NCBI RefSeq assembly: GCF_004010195.1
Contig: NC_057757.1
Location: 9,123,657 to 9,169,268 of the forward strand
Source: Chiloscyllium plagiosum
Taxonomy: Eukaryota
Direction: 5' to 3'
DNA length: 45,612 nucleotides
Both the position numbers and the translations under genes were made by a program. The notes beneath the pieces are model-generated. The model searched no databases and was not told the DNA's origin. It was given only the letters and a program-made list of their open reading frames with translations. Below, in pieces: positions 21,835 through 31,832 of this stretch. Each line of letters begins with the position of its first letter. Position 1 is the stretch's first letter.

Positions 21835-23685
21835 AGAAGGGACATTGAGGGCGAAAAGTTAACGTACTGCATCCAGGAATTTTTTTTAAACAATACAAGA
21901 GAAACCCCAATGAGAAGAAGAGATGCAACTCTGGATTTAGTTTTTTTTTAAATGAAGATGGGAAAGTGGGTGAAGTGACAGTTGGTGACCATATAGTGAC
22001 CGCAATTTGGTTAGATTTCGTATTATTATGGAGACAGACAGAGAATAGTCAGGTCTAAAAGCTTTAAGCAGGGATAATGCAATTTTTTTTCAAAACTGGA
22101 AAGTGACTTGGCTGAGGTGGACTGGACAGGACTGCTAAAGGATAATTAGTGAGGTCCTTAGGGAGACAAAGCAGACATATCCTTCTCCAAATATAAGAAT
22201 GGTCCTGCCAAATCCAGACCTCCAGGGTTGTTTTGGAAAGATACAGGGGAAGACTAAAGAGAAAAATAAAGCCTATGACAGCCACAGCATCACAGCATTG
22301 CCAATAGCCTACAGAAAGCACAGGTATCAAGTCAAAAATATAAGGAAATCAAGTGCTCACAAATGGGACTAGATTAGGATGTAGGTTTGCTCGCTGAGCT
22401 GGATGGTTCATTTCTAGATGGTTTGTTACCCTATTTGGTAACATCTTCAGTGGGCCTCAGGCGAAGCAATGCTGAAAATTCATGCTTTCTATTTAAATGT
22501 TTGGGTTTCTTTGGGCTGGTGATGTCATTTCCTGTGATGATGTTATTTCCTGTGATGAAGTCACTTAATGTTCCTTTTTTCATAGGGTGGTAGATGGAGT
22601 CTAACTCCATGTGTTTGTTGATATCAAAGGAGGAAAGGAACAGAAAGTGACTTCACCACAGGAAATAACAACACCACAGGAAATGACTTCACCAACCCAA
22701 AGAAACCCAAACATATAAATAGAAAGCAGGAATTTTCAGCTTTGCTTTGCCTGAGGCCCACTGAAGATGTTTCCTAGTAGGGTAACAAACCATCTGGAAA
22801 TGAACCTTCCAGCTCAGTGAGCAAACCTACATCCAGAACCTCAACCTGAGCTACGAATCTTCTCAAAATTCGTCGGGGCTAGATTGGGTTGGGATATCTG
22901 GTCGGCATGTACGAGTTGGACTGAAGGGCCTGTTTCCGTGCTGTACATCTGTCTGACTCTAAGCAAATGGCATGATAAAAATATTAGTGAGCAAGGTAAA
23001 GGAAATCTCAAAGATGTTTGACGAGTATATAAAGAGCAAAATGATAGTTAAGGAGAAAGTGAGAGCAATCAGAGATAAAGAAGGGAACTTGTTTGAAGCT
23101 GCAGAGGATATGGTAAGAATTCTAAGTGAATTTTTTTTTGCCTCTGTATTCACAAAGGAAAGAGATGATGTGGACACTGAAATCCAAGAGCAGTGGTTTG
23201 AAATTCTGGACAAAATAATCATCACGAAAGGAAGTGTTAGAGGAAGCGTTGGAACCCTCGAACGCGAGAGGTCACCAGGGCAAGATGGACTGTTCTTGAG
23301 GATGTTGAAGGAGGTCAGGGAGGAAATAGCAGATGCTGTGGTGATTATTTCCCAATCTTCACTAGACCCGGATGAGGACTGGAGGAATGCGATGTGGTTC
23401 CGTTGTTTAAATAGGGTGCAAAGGAAATGCCAAACAGCGATAGACTTACTTCAGTGCTTAGAATCAATCCTGAGAGATCGGATAAATTGTCCCTGACAAA
23501 GGCAGGGACTAGTCAGGATAGTCAGCATGGCCTGGTTAAGGGAAGCTCACGCCTTCTGGCAGGGTTATGGGCTGCAAGTAAGAAGGTGGGATTAGAAGGG
23601 TCATCAAGGATTCTTTGGTTTGGTTCGGACCAGGTGTAAGATGCACTGAATAAACCACTTCTGTGCTGTATCATTTCTATGGTTC
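21835..23685 (+). mobile_element. Old CR1 LINE ORF2 remnant with nested insertions
   Basis: CIQEFFL...PMRRRDATLDLV, YIKSKMIVKEKVRAIRD...ILSEFFFASVFTKE, SPGQDGLFLRMLKEVREEIADA and DSQHGLVKGSS. Confidence 0.85.
22377..22874. mobile_element. Fold-back (inverted pLTR) Penelope-like element, third family, inserted in a CR1 3' end
   Basis: About 200-bp inverted arms (22377-22575 and 22630-22833). Each arm has a CTGAAGA-TGTT(A/T)CC-N5-GGGTAAC-AAAC hammerhead-like motif. GGGACTAGATT (22365-22375) and GGGGCTAGATT (22875-22885) flank it. Confidence 0.75.
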
Positions 23686-23991
23686 TACATAAACCTCCCT
23701 GAAATCCACCATTAGACTCCATTCTGTAAATCACTCCCAGTTATCTTACAGTCTGTAGATAAACCTTCTGAACCCCTTTACTGGGTTCCAGTCTTTAACT
23801 CACTCATCTATTGTTTTATATGTCAGTTATTCCAAACCTCTTGATTAGAAACCATACTGTAACTCACTTCCAGATATCTATTAACCTACATTTGAACCAC
23901 CCCAAAACCTTCAATTAGATACTAATCTGTAACGCTCTCCTGGTTGCCCAAACACTTGATTAAGTTCTATTCTGCAACTCACTCTGAGATA

Positions 23992-24175
23992 TAGTCGGTT
24001 CTGCTATAACATGGCAATTCCGATCTCCCGCATCCCATATTATAAGAAAATCACGGATTAGCAGCGTAATTTAGACTAATGAGGCCAGAATTGTGTTGTA
24101 CCAATACATGTTTTAAAATTTTGCACTTTAGAAACAGTGTCCACAATTCGTCGATCGTGTTAGCGGAATGACCTG
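23992..24175. mobile_element. Tigger/pogo-type MITE with TA target duplication
   Basis: TA-TAGTCGGTTCTGCTATAAC...GTTAGCGGAATGACCTG-TA form imperfect TIRs. The right end resembles 36390-36497. Confidence 0.65.
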
Positions 24176-24358
24176 TATTTGTTAAGTCTATGTATTAAAA
24201 AAACCCCAAAACCCTCATTTTCGATTTCAGTCTGTAACTCACTCTGGGGTGTCTGTTATTTTGTATATGTAACTCCCTAACTGCTCGAGTAAAATCCAGT
24301 CTGTAACACCCCTGTGGGATAACTCTTGAATTAAATTCCAGGCTGTGACTCACTCCAA

Positions 24359-24658
24359 GATTAGATTAGATTACTTACAATGTGGAAAGAGGCCCTTCGG
24401 CCCAACAAGTCCACACCGACCCGCCGAAGCGCAATCCACCCCTACATTTACCCCTTACCTAACACTACGGGCAATGTAGCATGGCCAATTCACCTCACCT
24501 GCACATCTTTGGACTGTGGGAGGAAACCGGAGCACCCGGAGGAAACCCACGCAGACACGGGGAGAATGTGCAAACTCCACACAGACAGTCGCCTGAGGCG
24601 GGAATTGAACCCAGGTCTCTGGCGCTGTGAGGCAGCAGTGCTAACCACTGTGCCACCC
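24359..24658 (-). mobile_element. HE1 SINE, full length, young
   Basis: GGGTGGCACAGTGGTTAGCACTGCTGCCTCACAGCGCCAGAGACCTGGGTTCAATTCCCGCC head; (TCTAA)n tail. Confidence 0.95.
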
Positions 24659-24950
24659 AAAAGATATACGTTATTATTTGTCTAAACCACTGTAAATAAC
24701 TCAATTAGATACCAGTTGGTAACTTACCCTGGGTATCTATTATCTTGTATTAAAACCACCCCAAAATCCTTGATTAGACACCAGCCTGTGACTCAATTCC
24801 TGGTATCTGTTATTCTATATAAAAACCACCTCAAAACCCTCATTAGATTCCAGGCTGTAATTTACTCCTGCATATCTGTTATTATCTATATAAATCATCC
24901 CGAACTCCACAACTATATTGCAGTCTGTAACTCACTCTTGGGTATTTGTC

Positions 24951-25320
24951 AAGACCATAAGACATAGAAGCAGAAATTAGGCCATTCAGCCCATCGAGCC
25001 TGCTCCGCCATTCAATCAAGATGGATAGGTCTCTCAACCCCATTCTCCCGCTTCCTCCATGTAACCCTGGATCCCCTTGACACTCAAGAACATATCTATC
25101 TCCGTGTTAAACACACTCAATGACCTGGCCCCCACAGCCCTCTGTGACAGTGAATCCCAGAGATTCCCCACTCTCTGGCTGACGACGTTTCTCCTTATCT
25201 CTGTTCGAAAAGCTCTTCCCTTTACTCGGAGGCTGTGCCCTCAGATTCTAGTCCCTCCTACTGATGGGAAACACCTTCCCAACATCCTCTCTGTCCAGGC
25301 CATTCGGTACTCTGTAAGCT
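24951..25320 (-). mobile_element. CR1 3' end (TCTTATG-tail subfamily)
   Basis: CCATAAGACATAGAAGCAGAAATTAGGCCATTCAGCCCATCGAGCCTGCTCCGCCATTCAAT is a typical CR1 3' UTR. Confidence 0.85.
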
Positions 25321-25702
25321 GTTCTACCTATGCACTAGTCAATATCCCTCAAATGGATTTTATTGTGTAACTCACTCCTGGGTATCCTTTATTATCTATA
25401 TAAACCACCCCAAACACCTTGATAAGATTCCTGTTTCTAACTCTCTCATAAGTATCTGTTATTCTCTATATAAACCACCCCAAAACCCTCAATTAGATTT
25501 TAGTCTGTAACTCACTCCCAGGTCCCTGTGAGGTTATACATAAACCACTTCAAAAGCCCTTGATTAGATTCCAGTCTGTACCTCACTCCTGATAATCTGT
25601 TATTCGATAATATAAACCACCGTGAATCCCTTTAATAGATTCCAGTCTGTAACTCACTCCTGGGCATTTGTTTCTCTCTACATAAGCATGCTGTAACCCT
25701 CA

Positions 25703-26165
25703 GAGAGTCATACAGCACAGCAACAGACCCTTCGGCCCAATTCATCCGTGCCGGCCAGGTTTCCCAAACTAAATTGGTCCCATTTATCTGCGGTTGGCCC
25801 ATATCCCTCCAATCCTTTCCCTTTCATGTACCTGACTAAATGTCCATTAAATGTTGTAACTGTACCTGCATCTACCACTTCCTCTGGCAACTCATTCCAC
25901 ACATGGAGCACACCTGCATGAAAAGGTTGCCTCTCAGGTCCCTTTTCAATCTTTCTCCTCTCACTTTAAAGTTATGCCCCTCTTGTTTTGAATTCCCCTA
26001 CCCTGGTGAAAAGACCTTAGTTAATCCCCTCATGGGGTCACAGGGAATCACACAGTGCGGAAACAGATCTTTATTCTAACCCACCTGCGCTGACCAGACA
26101 TCCTAATCTGACCTAGTCCCACTTGCCAGCATTTAGCCTATGCCCCTGTAAGCCCTTCCTATTTA
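25703..26165 (-). mobile_element. Two adjacent CR1 3'-end fragments
   Basis: VWNELPEEVVDAGTVTTFNGHLVRYMKGKGLEGYGP; a second tail starts at about 26036. Confidence 0.85.
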
Positions 26166-27364
26166 TAAACTACCTCGTATCCCGAAATTAGATTCCAGCC
26201 TGTCTTCATTCCCAAATGTCTCATTTCCAGTATTGACCACCCTGAGCCCCTCGATTACATAGCAATTTGTAACTTGCTCTAGAGTATGCGTCATCCTGTA
26301 TATTAACACCCCACCCCACGAATCCCTTGTTTAAATTCCAGAACGTAAATCACTCCCACGTATACATTGTTCTCTACATTGCCACCCCAACCCCGAACAC
26401 CTCAATTAGATTCCAGTCTATATCTCATTCAAGGGTACCTGTTATTCTATCTGTAAACCACCCCAAACAACTCCAATCGATTCCATGCTGTAACTCACCC
26501 CTGGATATTTGTTATTTTATAGAGAAATTCTCCCTCCCCATGAATCCCTTGATTAAGTTTCAATCTGTCACTCACTCCTAGTATCTGTTCTGCATATAAA
26601 CACCCCGTGGGGGACTTGATCTCACTTGGCCTTTAGGCCTCTGGCCTGTTCTCTCTCTCTCGCTCGATAACATTTCCCTAAACAGTCAGGCAGGAGAACA
26701 GACAGCGTTCTCACTGAAGAGCAACGAGCACTGGGTCAAATCTTTCTTCAGAAAGCCTGTTTCCATGACAACCGCACAAAAATGGATTACCATCTCTCTG
26801 AGTCCCCTTCACTAATTCTCCCCGGAGGTGGACAGCTAATGTCTTGTGATTTTTCTTCTTAGAGAAATTCCTGTCAGGCAAACAGAGCTCAAAAATCAAA
26901 TGCATCTTGAACTGTGGCCTACTTTAGGCTCTGCGATTGAACTGACTTGAAATCGAGAGGTGAAACCAGCTTTCTCAGTCTCTGTCAATCTTGTTTCAGT
27001 TTCAGCGCAGTCTCGACAATGTCACGACTCTCCCTGCTCTTACACTCCTACATGCCTTTTTTTTCTGTCAAATCATCCCATTTGTCAAAAGCACTCACAA
27101 CAACTAACGGTAGGCAAAGTGACTCACACAGGGTTACACAGCTGTTGGCTCATCAGAAGCCTCTTGTACAGTCCTCTACTCCAGTCCTGACACCAAATCC
27201 TCAGGATTCACCAGGCAACGGGAAGGTGGGTGAAGAAGGACAGGAGTGTGCAACCGACAAAACTATTTGCACACAGATCAGCAAAGAACTGTGGAGGAAT
27301 GGGCTTGAGATGTCACTCAACTCTCAAGACCCGCATTTATATTCACAACTCCCATGGGGGGGGG

Positions 27365-27465
27365 GGATTTGAATCCAAGGCCACCCCCCCCTCCCCACTC
27401 CGAACGTCCTCTGGGCCTCTGGATTAATGGTCCAGAGATAATAATGCAAGGCCATCATCTCTCCA
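27365..27465 (-). mobile_element. Head fragment of the second tRNA-derived SINE family
   Basis: RC GGAGAGATGATGGCCTTGCATTATTATCTCTGGACCATTAATCCAGAGGCCCAG resembles 30268-30320. Confidence 0.55.
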
Positions 27466-28102
27466 TATGAGCACATCTTCCCTTTTCCCATCTGCCTCCC
27501 TTGGGTCTGTCAAAAACCTGTGACCTCCAACTGACCTTCCGCGAAAAGAACTTCCCACTGTAACGTCCCTCTGAGAGAAAGCCGTTCCTCCTCAGCTCCA
27601 TTTTAAAGAGGGGTGCTTCTTATCTGTAAACTAGTTCTACTCTCTCCCACAAGGCCATATGAGCTACAATGAAGGGGAATAGTGTATAAACGTAGGGAAG
27701 TCTTACTTCAACAGCACAGGGTCTTAGACTGCATCTGGAATGCTGTGTAGTTTTGGACTCCTCACTTAATAAGCCTAGAAGACATTGTAACGGGATTAGC
27801 CTATTTGGCCCATCAAATCTGCTCTGCCATCTTCGCCATGTCCGCTCTATCCAGGCCGTTGAGTATCTGTAAGTTTCAATCAGATCTCCCCTCATCCTCT
27901 TAAACTCCATCAAGTACAAACCCAGTGTCCTCAGCCGCTCCTCAACGGCAGACCCTTCCCTCCTGGGATTGCACTTCTAACCCTCTGGTTCCCTTCCCGC
28001 ACCAACACCTTCTTCCTTGGAGATGCCGGTGTTGGACTGGGGTGTACAAAGTTAACAATCACACAAAACCAGGTTAGAGTCCAACAGGTTTAATTGGAAG
28101 CA

Positions 28103-28137
28103 CACTAGCTTTCGGAGCGTCGCTCCTTCATCAGGTG
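28103..28137 (-). ncRNA. Minimal type I hammerhead ribozyme motif (PLE-associated)
   Basis: CAC-CUGAUGA-A-GGAGC-GAC-GCUCC-GAAA-GCUA-GUG: stem I CAC/GUG, stem II GGAGC/GCUCC, and palindromic stem III AGCU. Confidence 0.75.
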
Positions 28138-28550
28138 GATGTGGAAGACACAATTGTAAGACACAGAATTTATAGCAAACGTTTACAGTGTGACGTAACT
28201 GAAATTACACATTGAAAAATACCTTGATTGGTTGTTAAGTCTCTCATCTGTTAGAATGACCATGTTAGTTTCTCTTCTTTCATGTGTAAATCACAAAACT
28301 TTTTTATAAAGAAGTTACATTCTCAGGTTAACTGTAACTGTTCTGTTGTCTGTGCCATAATGTTTAGAGCATGTTTTTGAGCAAAGTACAATGTAACTCT
28401 GCAAGTACAAATTCATCCCACATACGTATGTGTGTATAGGACTACGTGTGTGTACATATGCGTGTGTGTGTGTGTGTGTTACATTGTACTTTGCTCAAAA
28501 CCTGCATGAATCCATGTAAGACTCTGTTAACTCACCTTTTAGATTAGAAA

Positions 28551-28810
28551 TGGGTGGTACAGTGGTTAGCACTGCTGCCTCACAGCACCAGAGACCTGGG
28601 TTCAATTTCTACCTCAGGTGACTGACTGTGTGGAGTTTGCACATTCTCCCAGTGTCTGTGTGGGTTTCCTCCTACAATCCAAAAAATGTGAATTAGCTAT
28701 TCTAAATTGTCCGTAGTGTTAGATGAATGGGTCTGGGTGGGTTGCGCTTCGGCGGGTCAGTGTGGACTTGTTGAGCCGAAGGGCCTGTTTCCACACTGCA
28801 AGTAATCTAA
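28551..28810 (+). mobile_element. HE1 SINE
   Basis: GGGTGGTACAGTGGTTAGCACTGCTGCCTCACAGCACCAGAGACCTGGGTTCAATTT...GGGCCTGTTTCCACACTGCAAGTAATCTAA. Confidence 0.92.
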
Positions 28811-29080
28811 ACATTACGTCACAGACAGGGAACACAGGGGGCTAACACCTTCAACACATAATCTGGGCTGATACCAATTGTTACAGTTAACCTGAGAATG
28901 TAACTTCTTTGAAAAAAAGTTTTGTGATTTACACATGAAAGAAGAGAAACCAACATGGTCATTCTGACAGATGAGAGATTTAACAAACAATCCAGGTCTT
29001 TTTCAGTGTATAATTTCAGTTACATCACACTGTAAACTTTTGCTATAAATTCTGTGTCTTACAATAGTGTCCTCCACAAA

Positions 29081-29115
29081 CACCTGATGAAGGAGCAGCG
29101 CTCCGAAAGCTAGTG
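29081..29115 (+). ncRNA. Minimal type I hammerhead ribozyme motif (PLE-associated)
   Basis: CAC-CUGAUGA-A-GGAGC-AGC-GCUCC-GAAA-GCUA-GUG. Confidence 0.75.
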
Positions 29116-30261
29116 CTTCCAATTAAACCCGGTGTTGTGTGATTTTTTAACCTCCTTAGATTTGGGGCCCAAAACTGCTCAGAATATTCTAAACGCCGGC
29201 CAGAGTATGTTACAGCCTCTATGTACATTCCAGCTCTTGTATTCTCGTCGTCAACATTGCACTTGCTTTCCAACTGAATCTGCATGTTAACCTTAAGCGA
29301 AGCTTGAACACGTCCCAAGTCCCTTTGTGCTTCAGATTGCGGAAGCCTTTCCCCATTTAGAAAATATTCAATGTCTCTATTCTTGCGAAAAAAGTGGATA
29401 ACCTCACATTTTGTCCCATTGTAATCCAATCTGCCACTTCTCTGCCCTCTGTCCTAGCCTGACCGAGTCCTATGTAGCCTTCCAGCTTTCTCAACATTAT
29501 CTGTCCCTTCTCTGTCATCTGCAAACTGAGCAACAAAGCCTTCAGTTCCTTCATTCAGATCGTTAATGCACAAAGTGAATAGTTGTGATCTCAATACTGA
29601 CACCTGCGAAACTCCACTAGCCGTCGGCTGCCATCTTGAAAAAGACCCTTTTATCCCACTCTGTGCCAGTCAGAAATCCTTCTATCCATGTCAGCATCAT
29701 GCCTCTTAACACCACCTTGTCAAAGACCTTGTGGGAATCCAAGTAGATGACATCCAGTGGCTCTCCTTTGTCTAACTCGTTACGTCCTCAAAGGATTCTA
29801 ACAGAGTTGTCAGATGCAACTTCCCCTGGACGTAACCATGTTGATGCTGTGCATTTTACCAACACTTTCAAGCACTCCACTATCTCATCCTTAATAATGG
29901 ACTCTATAGTCTCTAGTTTCCTGTCTTCTGCCTCTCTTCCTTCTCAAACAAGGGGGTTACATTAACCAATTGCCGATCCTATAAGACCCTCCCTGACTCC
30001 AGCGATTCCTGGAATAGTTTATTACCAATGCCTCTACAATCTCTTCAGTTATCTCCTTCAGAACTCTGGGATGTACTCCATCTGGCCCGGCTGATGTATC
30101 CACCTTCAGGATCTTTGAGTTTTCCCGGCACCCCCCTGCTCCTTCGCGATGGCCATTACACTCAGCTCTGCCTCCTGACCCTCTTTAAGTGCTGGTAAAC
30201 TGCTGATAGTGTTGACTGTGAAACCAGATGCAAAGTTGTGAGTTCCTCTACCATTCCGTTA

Positions 30262-30905
30262 GAGGGGGGAGGTGATGGCCTAGTGGGATTATCACTGGAG
30301 TGTTAATCTAGAGACCCAGGTAATGCTATGGAGACCTGGGTTCAAACCCCACCATGGCAAATGGTGGAAGTTGAATTTAATAAATATCTGGAATTAACAG
30401 TCTAATGATTTGCTATAAATCCATTGCCAATTAGATTACTTACAGTGTGGAAACAAGTCCACATCGACACTCCGAAGAGCGACCCATTCCCCTGCGTTTA
30501 CCCGTTCACCTAATACTTTGGGGTAATTTAGCATGGCCAATCCACACTAACTTGCACATTTTCTTTTGGACTGTGGGAGGAAACCGGAGCACCCGGAGGA
30601 AACCCACGCAGACACGGGGAGAATGTGCAAACTCCACACAGTCAGTCGCCTGAGACGGGAATTGAACCCAGGTCCCTGGCGCTGTGAGGCAGCAGTGCTA
30701 ACCACTGGGTCACCCCTTGTGGGGAGGGCCCCTTGTGGGACCCATGTGAATGCCCTTTCAGGAAGGGAGCTGCCATCCCTACCTGGTGTGGCCTACATGT
30801 GACTCCAGACCCACAGCAAAGTGGTTGACTCCCTGGGCATGAGGAATGGGCTATAAATGTTGGCCTGGCCAGTGACACACCCTCATCCTGTTACAGAATA
30901 AAAAA
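30262..30905 (+). mobile_element. Second tRNA-derived SINE family, split by an HE1 insertion
   Basis: A box TGGCCTAGTGG and B box GGGTTCAAACCC; body TGGCCTACATGTGACTCCAGACCCACAGCAA; tail GGAATGGGCTATAAATGTTGGCCTGGCCAG...AATAAAAAA. Confidence 0.75.
30430..30707 (-). mobile_element. HE1 SINE nested in the older SINE
   Basis: TTAGATTACTTACAGTGTGGAAACAAG...GGCGCTGTGAGGCAGCAGTGCTAACCACTG. Confidence 0.92.
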
Positions 30906-31099
30906 CAATTCATTGTTTCCCTATTCTACTTCACCAGCTTCATTTCCCAGCGGTCCAATGTTTCCTCTTGCCTCTCCTTCAGATATCTTTAAAAAAAGCC
31001 ATGCTCCCAACCATCCAATCCTGCGGCTTCCATATGATCATTTGAACTCCAATGGACACAGATCCCACTATTAAGTCATGTCCTCGTCCTCGTCCTCAC

Positions 31100-31832
31100 C
31101 TTTGGATTGAACCGAGAGAACCATCCTGGAACATCTCTTGAAGAAATTATGCCTTCTCTCAAGTAAGGGGGGGGAGGTACACAATACCCCTGACGTGGTC
31201 TGATCAAGGCCCTGTACAGTTGCAGTAAAATATCCCAACTTGAATATTCCAATCCCTTTGCAACAAATAATGACATTCTGTGTGTCTCCCTGATCACCCG
31301 CTGCAGCCGCAAATAAACTTCATATGATGCATGCACTGGGTCACCCAGATCCTTCTGCACTCCAGGATTCACACAGCTATTATGGTGGAGAAGGAGGCCA
31401 TTCAGCCCATCATACCGGTTCACCTATCCAGTGCTAATCTCCAGCCATTTCCCCATGCACACTATTTGTCTCCAAGTGATCCTCCTGAAAGTCTCCATCA
31501 CATTTCTAAACACAGCAACTGCTCGCTGCGCCAAAAAAGAAATTTCTCACATTATCCTTGTTTCTGTTGCACATCAATGCAGATCGATTCCCCTCTCGTT
31601 CTTGTTCCTTTACAAATGGAGACGGTCTCTTCCCAATCTACTTTCTCCAAGCCGCTCATCCATTTTGACAACCTCAGACAAATCTCCTCTCAGCGTTGTT
31701 TTCCTGAAGAACTCCAACGCCAACTTGGTCAATCTATCCTCATCGCTGAAGGTTCTCAGTCCAGAAAACATTCTTGAGAATCGCTTCTTCCACTCTCTCC
31801 AATACGTTCACATCTTCCTTATAATGGGGTGC
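31100..31832 (-). mobile_element. Old CR1-clade LINE 3' fragments
   Basis: GVQKDLGDPVHASYEV...KGLEYSSWDILLQLYRALIRP; GGAGGCCATTCAGCCCATC tail motif at about 31393. Confidence 0.7.

Larger units (their letters stand above)
23686..26605. repeat. Degenerate ~70-bp satellite interrupted by MITE, SINE and CR1 insertions
   Basis: Repeated ATTAGATTCCAGTCTGTAACTCACTCC...TATCTGTTATTCT...TAAACCACCCC units. Confidence 0.85.
28018..29151. mobile_element. Large fold-back Penelope-like element (second family) with a hammerhead in each arm and a central HE1 SINE
   Basis: 28050-28338 is the reverse complement of 28880-29151. Inner arms continue (28345-28398 versus 28478-28500 and 28808-28830). Confidence 0.85.
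27790..31000 (-). mobile_element. CR1 LINE remnant (27790-28017, 29152-30260, 30905-31000) hosting PLE and SINE insertions
   Basis: YLMEFKRMRGDLIETYR, LEYSEQFWAPNLR and KCEVIHFFRKNRDIEYFLNGERLPQSEAQRDLG. Confidence 0.85.

Noticed and set aside
24380..24704. Recurrent ORFs such as DCGRKPEHPEETHADTGRMCKLHT and VAQWLALLPHS
   Set aside because: They are chance translations of the HE1 SINE, not proteins.
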